59,023 nt of DNA. Source: Chiloscyllium plagiosum (Eukaryota). The notes under the pieces are model-generated. The model saw only the letters and a program-made list of their open reading frames with translations, had not been told where the DNA came from and ran no database searches. Within the stretch, counting starts at the first letter, position 1. Every line of letters begins with the position of its first letter. The translations under genes and the position numbers were made by a program. Where the stretch lies: assembly GCF_004010195.1 (NCBI RefSeq), contig NC_057750.1, forward strand, positions 6,652,104-6,711,126. Reading direction: 5' to 3'. Of the stretch, positions 37,136 to 51,417 are shown piece by piece.

Positions 37136-37760
37136 TGTTATGGACCAGGCCAGACCCCCTTTAAAACATTGTAAGAAAGTAGCCCAGACTCTCACTTTGC
37201 GAGTTGGTTTAAGCAGGTGTAAAGTGGATATTCCAGGAGCGATGCAGCTGGTCAAACCAAACAGAATTTATTTACAGGATTACCGAATAAAACACAAACA
37301 AAAGGGAACAAAACACAGAATAACTTAACCTCTCCGCAAACCCAACAGATCATCCCAGCTTAATGATGCTGTTCCCAATACGTGCAACAATCCCCATTAA
37401 CACCCCCTTGGTACAAAAGGTAAAATCCAATACAGGTTCTTCCAGGAGAGAGGGAGGATCAGCATGGACCTGCTTCTGTGGGCCCAGCAGCTTTTACCAC
37501 GCTACAGTTACAAACCAAACCAAACCAGACCAGACCAGAGAGAAGCAGAGCTGGGAGAACTGGTCGCTCCCCTTTCATTGGACAAGGATTGTTTCTCAGA
37601 AACTTGAAAGCCTGTTTCCTGAGGCAGTATCTGTTAGTTCTAATCAAACTGGCCCTAAAACCCTTCAAACCCAACTTTTCGGAGTCTCTGTCTTTTACGA
37701 CCTCTCTGGAAACAAAAGCCAAGGACAACATAACCTTGTTAAAGGAACAGCTTCATCACA
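37136..37760 (-). mobile_element. Probable solo LTR (625 bp)
   Basis: TGT...ACA termini; flanks GGTG/GATG (4-bp TSD with one mismatch); minus-strand AATAAA near 37266. Confidence 0.5.
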
Positions 37761-38452
37761 GATGGAGGGATTTTGTGCAGCTTAAACATCCACTCCTTCC
37801 ACCCCCCCGATGCTCAGTAGCAGCAGTGTGTGCCATCTACAAGACGTACTGCAGGAAGTCACCAAGATCCTCAGACAGCACCTTCCAAACCCATGACCAC
37901 TTCCATCTTGAAGGACAAGGGCAGAAGATACATGGGAACACCACCCCCTGCAAGTTCCCCTCCATTCACCATCCTGACTTGGAAATATTCCCTCGCTGTC
38001 ACTGGGTCAAAATCCTGGAATTCCCTCCCTCAGGGCATTGTGGGTCTACCCACAGCACATGGACTCAAACGATTCAAGATGGCCGCTCACCACCACCTTC
38101 TCCAAGGGCAATTAGGGACAGGCAAAAGACATGGACCTCAACAGTAACACCCACAACCGAGACTCCCAGCAGCTGGGTTATCAAAAACATTACAAAACAG
38201 CAAGAACTCCCAGTTTATTAGCTCTACTCTTTAGAGAAATGCAAATGAAGACATGGGTGATAACACACCAGCAGTGTTGGAGCTAAGGTTGTGAAATGTT
38301 TGAGGTTGATTGATTCGAGTGACAGACAATATCCGACCCACTGCCCCCCACCAATTCCCAGAGGAACGGTCAATGGTTTTGTGTTGGGTTTTCTGAAGAA
38401 TGGAGCAAATTCTGCGCCCACACAGAAAGTGAATCATATTTCTGGACTCCAT

Positions 38453-38787
38453 CTAGATTAGATTAGATTAGATTAGATTACTTACAGTGTGGAAGCAGGC
38501 CCTTCGGCCCAACAAGTCCACACCGACCTGCCGAAGCACACCCACCCAGACCCATTCCCCTACATTTACCCCTTGCACCTAACACTACGGGCAATTTAGC
38601 ATGGCCAATTCAACTAACCTGCACATTTTTGGATTGTGGGAGGAAACCGGAGCACCCGGAGGAAACCCACACAGACACGGGGAGAATGTGCAAACTCCAC
38701 ACAGTCAGTCGCCTGAGGCGGGAATTGAACCCGGGTCTCTGGCGCTGTGAGGCAGCAGTGCTAACCACTGTGCCACCGTGCCGCCCA
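38453..38787 (-). mobile_element. Full-length young HE1 SINE with (TAATC)n tail
   Basis: (TAGAT)n on + strand followed by a complete body. Confidence 0.93.
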
Positions 38788-39525
38788 AATTCCCCCTCTG
38801 CTAGTGACCCTGCCTTCCTCTGCCTGGGCACTCAGCTCTGGGATTCCATGACCCCAGACCCTCACTCCCTCTCCTCCTCAAGATGCCAATCTCCCTCTAA
38901 TGGTGGCTTGATGTCACATGTTTCGTCTGGGTAACCCTGCTGTGAAACATTCTGAGAGTTTGCATTACGCTGGAGCCGCTATAGAAATGCAGGTCATTGT
39001 TGCTGTTGAACTCTGGCTTAGACGCTAGTTGGGGTTGGGGGAGGGGGCGTGATGACTGAACCTGACAAAGTGTTGGCAAAGTAGTCACAGGATTGGTTCC
39101 ACATCCAACTCTGATCCAAACTCTGTACCATAAAGCCATCCCTGCATCCCCCCCCCCCCACCCCCATTCTCCTCTTCCACAAATCCCTATAAGTCCTGGC
39201 TGTGAGTTGAACTCTGGGAAGGTGCTGTTACTAGGTCAGTTAGCACATGGTTACTGACTTTGTGGAGAGGAAATGAGAGTGTCTTTTGACTTCTCCATTT
39301 GCCGCCTCTCTGCGTCTCTCGGTGACGGAGTCAGTCTCCCGACCTCATGGGGCTCATTTGCAAATACTTTCTCATCTCAAAACCCTCCTGACTCAAGTTG
39401 GAACTAGAACCGAGTTGACCAGAGACTTTGTTTACACACCTGAATGCTCTCGGTGTTCTCTGTTAAGGGTTAAAAGGAAGTTGAGTGAGGAGAGACGTGG
39501 GCTTGTGTAGCAGAGAATGATCTTG

Positions 39526-40485
39526 CACACACACACTCACACACATGCACAGACACACATACACAGACACACACACACATACTCACACACACATGCACAG
39601 ACACACACTCACACACATACACTTACACACATACACAGACACACACACATACTCTCACACACACACTCACACACATGCACAGACACACACTCACAAACAT
39701 ACACACACATACTCACACACACATGCACAGACACACACTCACACACATACACTTACACACATACACAGACACACACACACATACTCACACACACATGCAC
39801 AGACACACACTCACACACATACACTTACACACATACACAGACACACACACACATACTCACACACACATGCACAGACACACACTCACACACATACACTTAC
39901 ACACATACACAGACACACACACACATACTCACACACACATGCACAGACACACACTCACACACATACACTTACACACATACACAGACACACACACACATAC
40001 TCACACACACATGCACAGACACACACTCACACACATACACTTACACACATACACAGACACACACACATACTCTCACACACACACTCACACACATGCACAG
40101 ACACACATACACAGACACACACACACATACTCACACACACATGCACAGACACACACTCACACACATATACTTACACNNNNNNNNNNNNNNNNNNNNNNNN
40201 NNNNNNNNNNNNNNNNNNNNNNNNNNNNNNNNNNNNNNNNNNNNNNNNNNNNNNNNNNNNNNNNNNNNNNNNNNNNNNNNNNNNNNNNNNNNNNNNNNNN
40301 NNNNNNNNNNNNNNNNNNNNNNNNNNNNNNAACAAAAACACCACACACAGACACAAATACATAGATAGATACACAACAGACACACACACAGACACATACA
40401 CACACACAGATACACACACACAGAGACACACACAAACACACACAGATACAAATACATAGATACATACACACAGACACACAGATTC
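39526..40485. repeat. (CA)n-derived satellite with 72-bp higher-order period, gap 40177-40330
   Basis: 24-aa periodicity in the ORF track; recurring ATGCACAG and CACTTAC landmarks. Confidence 0.88.
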
Positions 40486-40809
40486 ACTTGTGAATGAGCA
40501 GGATTGTGTCATGCAAATGAGATTCAGTTGCAAATTCCACCTCCTTTGGTCACTGTTGTTAGCTGAGTAGGAAGGGAGGCTATAATTCTACTTATTTATT
40601 CACTCAGGGACATGGGGGGTCGTTGGCTGGGCCAACATGTATTGCCCCGTCCCTAATTACCCCTTGAGAAAGTGGGGATGGGCTGCCATCTTGACCCGCT
40701 GCAGTCCACCTGCTGCTGGTGGATCCTCAGTGCCCTTATTCCTTGGGAAGGAATTCCAGGATTTTGACCCAGTGACACTGAAGGAATGTCAGTGGTGGAG
40801 GGAGGGGAT

Positions 40810-41555
40810 GTTTGTGGATGTGGTGCCAATCAAGCGGGGACTGCTTTGTCCCTGGATGGTGTTGAGCTTCTTGAGTGTTGATTGAGCTGCCCCCATCCAG
40901 GGGCAAGTGGGGAGTATTCCCTCACCCTCCTGACTTGTGCCTTGTAGATGGTGGGACAGACTTTGGGGAGTCAGGAGGTGAGTTATTCGCTGCAGTATAC
41001 AGTCTGATCTGCTCTTGTAGCCATTGTGTTTAAGTGGTGAGTCCAGTTGAATTTCTGGTCAATGGTAACCCCCAGGAGGTTGATAGTGGGGGAATTCAGT
41101 GGTGGCAACACTACTGAATGCCAAGGGGTAGTGGTTAGATTATCTCTTATTGTTGGCATTTGTGTGGCGCGAATGTTACTCGCCACTTGTCGGCCCAAGC
41201 CTGGATATTGTCCAGATCTTGCTGCATTTGAACATGGACTGCTTCAGTATCTGAGAGAGTCGTGAATGGTGCTGAACATTGGGCGATCATCATTGAACAT
41301 CCCCACGTCTGACCTTATGGTGGAGCAGCTGGAGATGGTTAGGCCGAGGACACTAACCTGAGGAACTCCTGCAGAGATATCCTGGAGCCGAGAGGACTGA
41401 CCTCCAACAACCACGACCATCTTCCTATGTGTCAGGTATGACTACAACCAGTGGAGAGTGTGCCCCCTGATGCCTATTGATTCCAGTTTCGCCAGGGCTC
41501 CTTGATGCCACACTCGGTCGAATGCAGCCTTAATGTCAAGGGCTGTTACCCTCAC
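40810..41555 (-). mobile_element. Non-LTR retrotransposon (L2/CR1-group) RT C-terminal fragment; related pieces near 31850-32635, 33680-34060 and 37790-38125
   Basis: Minus peptides LLGVTIDQK.NW..H and TIYKAQVR...EYSPLA; shared 3' end AAGGCAGCTCACCACCACCTTCTCAAGGGCAATTAGGG. Confidence 0.7.
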
Positions 41556-41729
41556 CTTGAGAATTCTCAAGAGAGTTTGTTGAAGAGATTGATACATGCT
41601 TTAATGTTAAAAGCACCGGGGGAGCAAGTTGAAACATGTCATCAAAGCCCATACCCATGGTGATTTGATTTATTATTGTCACATGTCCCTTGATGCAGTG
41701 AAATGATTGCTTGCTATCCAGGCAAATGG

Positions 41730-42133
41730 GTTGGTGTGGTGGGTCAATGGTTAGCATTGCTGCCTCCCAGCGCCATGGACCCGGGTTCGATTCCACCCTC
41801 GGGCGACTGTCTGTGTGGAGTTTGCACATTCTCCCCGTGTCTGCGTGGGTTTCCTCCGGGTGCTCCGGTGTCCTCCCACAGTCCAAAGATGTGCAGGTTA
41901 GGGTGGATTGGCCATGGGAGGTTACCCATAGTGTTCAGGAATATGCAGGTTAGGGTGGATTGGTCATGCTAAATTGTCCCATAGTGCCCAGGGATGGGCA
42001 GGCCAGGTGGGTTAGCCGTGGGAAATGCAGGGTTGTAGGATAGGGGGAGTGTGTCTGGGTAGGATGCGCTTTGGAGGGATAGTGTGGACTCAATGGGCTG
42101 AACAGACTGCTTCCACACCATTGGGATTCTATG
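41730..42133 (+). mobile_element. HE1 SINE
   Basis: A and B boxes, core, GGGATTCTATG tail. Confidence 0.87.
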
Positions 42134-44656
42134 AGATCCATAAGTACATCAGGGTAATAGAACCGAATGCAGACTATAGTGCTAGTGCTACAGAGAAGGT
42201 GCAGAGAAAGATCAACTCTAATATATGAGAGATCCGTTCAAAAGTCTAATAACAGCGGGGAAGAAGCTGTTCCTGAATCTGTTGGGACATGTGTTTGAGG
42301 CTTTATTTCTTCGGCCCAATGGAAGAGGGTCAAACCGGGGTGGGAGGGCTCTCTGATGGTGATGGCTACCTTCCCGAGGCAGTGGGAAGTGTGGACGGAG
42401 TCAGTGGATGGGAGGGGTGGTGTGTTCACATCTCTCTGCAGTTTCTCATGGTCCCGGACAGAGCAGTTGCTGAACCAAGCTGTGAGAGTGCTACCCTTGC
42501 CAATCAGAGCTGGATGGGAGACACCGAGATCTGCGGATGCTGGAGATTCAGAGTTGAGAGAGTGGCGCTGGAAAAGCCACAGCAGGTCAGGCAGCATCCG
42601 AGTCAACATTTTGGGCAAATGCCCTTCATCAGGATTGATCCGAGATTGGATGGCAGTAACAGAGGAAATGCCAACAGTGAGGCGCGACACGTTGCAGCGT
42701 TTCCAGACTATGTTCTGTTACGGTGAGAAACGAGGTGGAGCTTAGTCTAGCTGCATCAGCAAGGTGCAGTCTGGGAGCGGCCTGGTCTCGGGTTTTGTCA
42801 GGCCATTGTGGTTTCGCTGGTTTTTGTCAAACAGCCAGTTGCTGATTTACCCCGACCCCCGAAGAGGAAAAATCAGTGCTTTCGCCAACCTTTCGAATTA
42901 TTCAGCCCCCTGTAGAGGGAAATGCTCAATAGGTGACTCATTGGCTGCTAACAGAAAGCTCAGGGAGCGTGACAAGTGACATCGAGTGTCAACCCATGCA
43001 CAACAGTAACAACAACAACCTGCATCTTTAGAGCGCCTTACCCCCAGGCACACAATCTCACCCCCCCACCCTGGTATTCAGTCGCAGTCTGAAGCTGTGT
43101 CGGGTGAGGGGATATTGTGACGGCTTTCTGACGAGGATTTGGACTTCGGGGAGGGTCTCAAAACGGGTAATGAGAACGGGACCAAGAGACGGAAAGTGTT
43201 GGGAGGGGGACTCCAGAGCTTAGGGAGGAGGAGGAGGTGGAGTGTTAGCAGTGGAGTGAGGAAGGCGAGGGATAAGGTGGGGGGGGGCGCAGTCTGGTCA
43301 GGGAAGTGACCCGTGTGAGAGGGGAGGGGGAGGTGGTTGGCTGGGAAGGGAGGAATGAGGTCAGGTGATCGCAAACGTTTGGGGAGGGTGGAGCGTCATC
43401 AGGGTGAGGAGGATCGACCGACCAGGTAGGCCACGAACTTCAAATGCAGAGTCAGAGTCTACGGGGAGGTCTATATCAACAACTAAACCAGTTGGTCAAA
43501 GGTGTTGAGTCTCTTTAACTGAGGGAAGGCCAAGTTTGATGATTCTGAGTAACAGTGGATCAAATTGAGTCAAAGTTCGTCCTCCCTCTCCAGGAACTGT
43601 AGGCCTTGTACTATTTTAAGTGCTGACATTTTCTAACCTTTGCCCTTAGCAACAGATAGTGTGAGTCATTGAGGCTAACCATTGAGAACTTGTATTTAAC
43701 GTGTTGATGTATTAAAAAGCTGAAGAACCAAAACTTATCGTAAAGGAAACTACTGTAAGTTGTGACTTGGTGTCTCGCAAACAAAACCAGTCTCGTGGTG
43801 ACCGTGTCGTTAAAAACCCTTCAGCTTCACTCATGCCCTTTCAGAGAAAGCAATCTGCCGTCCGTCCCTACACGTGACTCCAGACCCACAGCAATATGGT
43901 TGACTCTTAACCACCCTCCGGAGGGTCAATAAATGCAGGCTCAGCCAGCAACGTCCAAACAGTGACCGACTCTCAACTGCCCCCTGAGGTGGTCTTGGGA
44001 GCCAACATCTCCAAGGGGCATTTAGGGATGAGGCATCAACACCCACACTCTATGATGTATGCCCCCTGGAGGTGATGCAAGGGAGTTGGACCAAATTGCT
44101 CACTGGGTTGAGGAGGATGCTGTATGTTAATTCTTTGGCGTTGAGAAGGATAGGCGCTTGGGAGATTCTGAGGAGATTTGCCAGAGTAGAGATTAACAGG
44201 TCACTCCCACCAATTTGGGGAATTTGAAACTCAGGGGTCCAGTCTCAAGATGAGGGGTTGATTATCAAGGACTAAAGCATTTCTTCACACAAAGGGTTAT
44301 AAATCTTTGGAACTCTCTGCCCCAGATAATCAGTTGCTGAGTATATTTGAGGCTGGGGATAGATGGTTTTGGTTTCTCGAGGAAGAGTGGGTGGGAAAGT
44401 GGAGTTTATAGTCATGATTAGCTCTGAGCGTGTTGAACAGCAGGATAGCCTGGAAATGGCTGAATGGCCTCCACCTATTTTTCAGCAAAGTAGAGAAATT
44501 TACCATGGTCCATTGCCCCCAGCACAAAGAATCTCAGAGCAGAATCTAGGATGTTCTTTCTGATTGCCTCACAAGTTGTGTTGCTCTCTCAAGCTGAGGG
44601 GTATATTTCTCAGGCACCTGTGAACTATCTGCTTGGATTTCAGAGCCAGGGGGATT

Positions 44657-45268
44657 AGAATAGAATCCCTACAGTGAGGGAACAGACCACTCAACCCATC
44701 AAATCCAAACTGACCCACTAGGCCCACCCCATCCAACCCCATCCCACCCGTCCCTGTAACCCCACATTTCCCATGGCTAACCTACGCAGCCTGCTCATCC
44801 CTGGGCACTATGTGTAATTTCCCATGGCCAATCTACCCTAACTTGCACATCCCTGAACACTATAGGACAATTTAGCACGGCCAATCCACCCTAACTGCAC
44901 ATCCCTGGGCGCTATGGGGCAATTTAGCACGGCCAATCCACCCTAACCCGCACATCCCTGGGCACTATGGGGCAATTTAGCACGGCCAATCCACTCTAAC
45001 CTGCACATCCCTGGGCGCTATGGGGTAATTTAGCATGGCCAATCCACCCTAACCTGCACACCCCTGGGCACTACGGGACAATTTAGTATGGCCAATCCAC
45101 CCTAACCTGCACATCTTTGGACTGTCGGAGGAAACCAGAGCACCTGGAGGAAACCCACGCAGAAACAGGGAGAATGTGCAAACTCCACACAGACAGTTGT
45201 CCGAGGCTGGAATTGAATCCAGGTCCCTAGCGATGTGAGGCAGCAGTGCTATCCACTGAGCCACTGTG
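44657..45268 (-). mobile_element. HE1 SINE with about 6 tandem internal units
   Basis: Same structure as the copy at 35975. Confidence 0.87.
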
Positions 45269-47099
45269 CATTTATAGTCATCATTAGACCCTTAATTCCA
45301 AATTCTTTACTGAATTCAAATTCCACCATCTGCCATGGCAGGATTTGAACCCAGGTCCCCAGAACATCATCTGGGTCCAGCGATCGTACCACTGGGCCTC
45401 CACAGTTCCCTCCCTGGACCGTTGCATTTCTCAATTTCCCTTCCAATACCCCTTAAAATGTACATTCTTGACCAAGCTTTTCAATATGTTACCTCATGTG
45501 GCATGCCACAGTGCTCCTGTAAAGCATTTTGCAACCTCTTACAATACGGTGCTATATAAAGTCAATTGCTCTGTTGCATCATGGGAAGGGATCAGTAGCC
45601 GGGGCTGAGATGAGTGAAATAATTATCGGCACACCCTGCGGTGACTTCGGCCTTTCCGAGATAAACTCAAATGTCTACAGTGTAGTTACACTTGACTTAT
45701 CATGTGAGAACTCTACCGCCACCACTGGTGAGAAGCAGTAACTGCAGCGTGACGTGTTTACATAGCAAGTTCCCTTATCAACGTAGTCTCCAATGAATTC
45801 CAGTGCAGGTAGTACCTGCATAACTGAGAGATGTTGCGTCCTCAGGGAAGAACTGGATAGGCCTGTGATGTACCTCAACAAATCTAGATTTAAGTATTAC
45901 TGACCAAGACACACATTTTTATCAAATTCACTCTCATCAGGACAATTTGCAAGAATACCAGTGTAAAGGGAAAACAGTATTTTATATTGAATGAGAAGGG
46001 TGTGCTGATTGGTTGACAAGTGGTCTCTGATTGGTTAGAGGCATGGAAAATGTACTAGTTGGATGATGATTGACAGCTAACTGCCAAAATTTGCTTCAAT
46101 TTGCACCAGTCAAGTTGACTGTAATTGGCAAGCAATTGTCACAGAATCATACAGCACAGAAACAGACCATTCGGTCTGACCATAATCTCAAACTAAGCTC
46201 GTCCCACCTGCCTGCTCCTGACCCATATCCCTCCAAAACTTTCCTATTCATGGACTTATCCAAATGTCTGTTAAACATTGTAACTGCACCCCCATCCGCC
46301 ACTTCCTCTGGAAAACCAAACGGACTGCGGATGCTGTAAATCAGAAACAAAGACAGAAATAGCTGGAAAAGCTCAGGTGGTCTGGCAGCATCTGTGGACA
46401 GAAATCAGTGTTAACTTTTCAGGTCAAGTGACCCTTCCTCAGAATGGAGTTCATTCCACACGTTCCTCAACTCTGTGTAAAAAAAAATTTTTTGAATCTC
46501 TCTCCTCTCACCTTAAAAATGTGTCCCCAAGTCTTGCAATCCCCCACCCTGGGGAAAAGACAACTGCCATTAACCGTCCCCTCATAACTTCTGTCAGGTC
46601 ACCTCTCAACCTACACTCCAATGAAGTTAAGTCCCAGCCTATCTTTATAACTCAAACCTTACGTACCCAGCAACATCCTGGTAAATCTCCTATGAGCCCT
46701 CTCCAGTTTAATATTATCCTTCCTATAACAGAGACACTAAAACTGGACACAGAGCTCTCACCAATGTTCTGTACAACCTCAACATGACATCGCAACTCCT
46801 ATATTGCCCTGAGGAATGAGCCAGTGAATGGCTGTCACTGATGTTGTTGAGTCGAACCTAGTTCAGTTTGTGCAAATGTTCCCTCTGTCAATAGAGAACA
46901 GGGCCCTGTCAACAATTCAATGGAGGTCCAGAGTGGACAAGTGCATCAGCTGTCAGTATCAAATTACTTGCCAGTACAAACCTTAGCAAAATCAGGATTT
47001 TTTAGCAAATATAGATGTCAAATCTGAATGAATTGACGACACTTTAAATGCTAAGAATTCACAGCATAGAAACAGGCCATTTGTACAATGGCCCAGTGT

Positions 47100-47835
47100 T
47101 AGCCATAAGCCATAAGAGCAGAAATTAGGCCATTCAGCCCAGCGAGTCTGCTCCACCATTTCAGTCATGGCTGATATGTTTCTCAACCTCATTCTCCTGC
47201 TTCCTCCCTGTAACCCTTGGTCCCCAAGAACCTATCTATCTCCGTCTTAAATACACTCAATGACCCGGCCTCCACAGCCTCCTGTGACAGTGAGTTCCAT
47301 CGATTCCCCACTCTCTGGCTGAAGAAGTTTCTCCTTATCCCCGTTCTAAAAGGTCTTCCCTTTACTCTAAGGCTGTGCTCTTGGGCCCGAGTCTCTCCTA
47401 CCAACAGAAACATCCACTCTGTCCAGGCCGTTCCGTAATGTAGGGGAAAGTGGGGACCACAGATGCTGGAGGTCAGAGTTGAGAGTGTGTCGCTGGAAAA
47501 GAATGGCCATTCAGGCAGCATCCGAGGAGCAGGAAAATTGAAGTTTCATTCCCAATGAAGGAAACTTCAAGTCTCCTGCTCCCCGGATGCTGCCTGACCT
47601 GCTGTGCTTTTCCAGCACCCCACTCTCGACCCCCATTCAATCTTCTGTAAGTTTCAATTAGATCCCCCCTCATCCTTCTAAACTCCATCAAGTATAGACC
47701 CAGGGTCCTCAAACGTTCCTCAGATGTTAAGCTGTTCATTCCTGGGACCATTCTCATGAACCTCCGCTGAACACACTCCAGGGCCAGTAGCTCCTCCCTG
47801 AGATATGGCGCCCAAACTGCACACAATACTCTAAT
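47100..47835 (-). mobile_element. CR1 LINE fragment interrupted by a Penelope-type palindrome (about 47443-47632)
   Basis: VWAPYLR...LECVQRRFMRMVPG...RGDLIETY and FFSQRVGNRWNSL lie on either side of the palindrome. Confidence 0.8.
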
Positions 47836-47896
47836 TGTGGTCTACACTAGCTTCACCCACCCCTTTGCTTTCATCACACCCTATTATCATTTAGAT

Positions 47897-48205
47897 CTAG
47901 ATTAGATTACAGTGCGGAAACAGGCCCTTCGGCCCAACAAGTCCACACCGACCCGCCGAAGCGAAACCCACCCATACCCCTACATTTACCCTTTACCTAA
48001 CACTACGGGCAATTTAGCATGGCCAATTCACCTGACCCTGCACATCTTTGGATGGTGGGAGGAAACCGGAGCACCCGGAGGAAACCCACGCAGACATGGG
48101 GAGAACGTGCAAACTCCACACAGACAGTCACCTGAGGCAGGAATTGAACCCGGGTCTCTGACGCTGTGAGGCAGCAGTGCTAACCACTGTGCCACCGTGC
48201 CGCCC
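47897..48205 (-). mobile_element. HE1 SINE
   Basis: Complete head and tail. Confidence 0.9.
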
Positions 48206-51200
48206 ACGGTGCCTTCCATTTGTTTCTCATGTTTACCCAGTGTCCCCTTCACTGTCCTGGTGATGAGTTCCACATTCTCCCTCCTCTCTGGGTGGAGAGG
48301 TTCATCCTGAATTCCGACCCGGGATTTTTCGGTCTGTCAGCCTCCCGGGAAAGCGCTCTCTCAGAGACCTGACGTGAGCAGTCACTCGGAGTTTCAGGTT
48401 CGATATTTTCCTACGGTGTAAAACTGTTTCACGATCAGATTGGAGATAACTTTTTGTCAGAATGGGTGAGATCGATATCACACCATTTCCTTTCAGTGGT
48501 GTTGACTTGTTTGAATTGAAACTGAGAGAGTGAGTGTGCGTGTGTGTGTGTGTGAGAGAGAGAGCTCAATCTGCAAAGGGACTTGGGTTCTGGAGGGCAC
48601 TTGGCAGAATTTATAAAGTTAGGAAGAGACAATCAAAGGATGAGACACATGAAGAGGGTCTATTAAGCTTCCCCTGGCAATCCAATCATGGCTGATTTAC
48701 AACCTTATTACCAACAATACACCTTGTATCTCACAATGAGGCCATTTGGCCCTTCTTCCTCTGCTAGTCTTTCTCCTACACCCATCTAATTTCATCTCAC
48801 GCAAGTAACACATCATAGAGGTGCTGTTGCGGGAGGTGGTGGTAGTAGATACAAGTGCAGGGTTTAAGAGGTATTTAGACAGATGCATGAACAGGCAGGG
48901 CATATAGGGAAAACGGAAAAAACTGGATGCTGTACATCAGAAACAAAACCACAAATTGCTGGAAAAGCTCAGCAGGTCTGGCAGCATTTGTGGAGAGAAA
49001 TCAGAGTTAATGTTTGGGAACCCTTCCTCAGAGCAGGGGGTAAAGAGGTATGCAGCACGTGCAGGCAGATGGGATTAGTTTAGAATGGCATTGAGTTCAG
49101 CACAGACTTGGTGGGCCGAAGGGCCTGTTCCTGTGCTGTCCTATTAACCTGCTTTCCCTTCGATGTATCTCCATAGTTTGCCTCAACTGCTTGATAGCAG
49201 CAGGGGCCACTCTGCACGGAGACATCATTTGTCCTAAATTCCTCATGAATCATAGAACCCCTACAGGCCCTTCGGCCCAACAAATCCACACCGACACTCC
49301 GAAGAGTAACCCACCCTGACCCATTCCCCTACCCTATATTTCCCCCTGACTAATGCGCCTAACCTGTACATCCTTGGACACTATGGGGTAATTTAGCATG
49401 GCAAATCCACCCAAACCTGCACATCGCTGGGCACTATGGGGCAATTTAGCATGGCCAATCCACCCTAACCTGTACATCCCTGGCACTATGGACAATTTAG
49501 CGTGACCAATCCACCCTAACCTACACATCCTTGAACACTATGGGGCAATTTAGCACGGCCAATTCACAGTGCCCACCGTGCAACGTTCCAGCCCCTCGTT
49601 TCACAAGAAACTATCCTTCAAGATATTCAAAGACTTTGCTTCCAACACCATTTGAGGAAGAGAGCCCTGTGACCTTCCTTGAGAAATACTTCCTGCCTTA
49701 TCTCTGTCTTGAATGGGTGGCCCTTTATTTTGAAACACTGACCCCTGGTTCTGGACCACTCATTATTGACTATTCTGGTGGTTGAGTTCCCGTGCTCTGG
49801 TCTGGCTCGCAAGTGGAAACATTTGTTCTACACGAACCTTTAAAACTCTTTCATTACTGTCAAGATCTCTGTCCAGTCTCCCCGCATATTGAGAGGAAGC
49901 GTCAGACTGAATTCTGGATGGTACAAAGTTAAATGCTGCGGGTGTCTGAAAAAACTTGGTAGTTCAGGCGCACTGATCTTCATAATGCCAGGAACAGCTG
50001 CCGGAGCTGAGTGGAACGTTAGCCTTTACGCGGAGTTCAGATTATTCTACAGTTCTACAGGACCTTGGTCAGACCCCATTTGGAGTTCTGTGATCTGGGC
50101 ACCACACCTTAGGAAGGGTATTTTGTTCTCGGAGGGAGTACAAGATAGGTTTACAGGGAAAACACTCTGAGGCAGGGTCGCTGGACCCGAAACTTTAACT
50201 CTGCTTTCTCTCCACAGATGCTGCCAGACCTGCTGAGCTTCTCCAGCAACTTCTGATTTCCAGCATCTGCAGTTTTTTTTGGTGTTTTTCGTTTGTTCAT
50301 TCAGGAGATGAGGGAATCGCTCATTTATTGCTCATCCCTAATTGCCCCAGAGGGCAGTTAAGAGTCAACCCCATCGCTGTGGGTCTGGAGTCACGTGTAG
50401 GCCCAGACCAGGTAGGGATGGCAGTTTCCTTCCCTAAAGGACATTAGTGAACCAGATGGGTTTTTCCAACAATTGATTATGGGTTCATGGTCATCATTAA
50501 ACTCTTAATTTCAGATTTTTTTAAATTGAATTCAAATTCCACCATCTGCCCTGACAGGATTTGAACCCAGGTCCCCGGAACATGTCCTGGGACTCTAGAT
50601 TAACAGGTCAGCCACGATACCACTTGGGCATTGCTGTCTCCTACAACAATGGCAGTTGGACTTTGGGGGTTAAGTTATAAGGAGCAGTTATACAAATTAG
50701 GCCTGTTTTCTCTAGAATTCAGAAGGTTATTAAATCAGAAACTAGTCTCAGCGATGACAGTGAACAAAAATTATCATCAAAGCCCATCTGATTCACTCAT
50801 GTCCTTCAAGAAAGGTCATCCTTACCCAGTCTGGCCTACATGTGACTCCAGACCCACAGCACTGTGCTTGACTCTTAACCACTCCGTGAAATGGCCCTCA
50901 TTTATAACAATTGCTACGGACTGCAGCAGCTCAATAAGCCAGCTCATTGTCACCGTCCCAAGGGACGGGGCAACACATGGTCTTGTCGGTGATGCCAGCA
51001 ACCCAAGAAGGTTCCTGGATCAAGGAGGAACCGAGAGGCTTGGTGAGATGGTGGAAGACTTGCCTTTAATGAGTCAGCGGTAAAACTGGTCTTTCCCTCC
51101 TGCTCGGCTTGGCAATGCTTCTGAGAATGCAATGGGGCCTCCATTAAACTTCCCGACACAGAGAGGAACCCAGTAATCTGTCTGCCCCACAAAAGGAAGC

Positions 51201-51417
51201 ACATTTTGAGTCCCCACCCTGTCAATCTCCTCAGGATTTTACATGTTTCAAGAAGCTCACACACAAAACTCCAATGGATACAGGTCCAACCTTCCCTCAG
51301 AAGATAATTCTTTCATTCCTGGAATCAACCGAGTGAATCTTCTCAGAACTGTTTCTTACACAATGATGTTCTTTCTTTAGCAGTGAAAGCAATACTGTAC
51401 GCTATATTCCAGATCCT

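Noticed and set aside
37478..38221. 247-aa ORF
   Set aside because: It spans a probable LTR and a LINE 3' remnant, with no recognisable domain.
39517..40459. His/Thr-rich ORFs of about 300 aa (also Cys/Val ORFs at 56159-56621 and Leu/Ser ORFs at 26070-26734)
   Set aside because: Translations of dinucleotide satellites and N-gaps.
45601..45730. Peptide AEMSEIIIGTPCGDFGLSE, faintly like the LBH N-terminal exon
   Set aside because: No good acceptor and no downstream IFPDP exon; likely chance.
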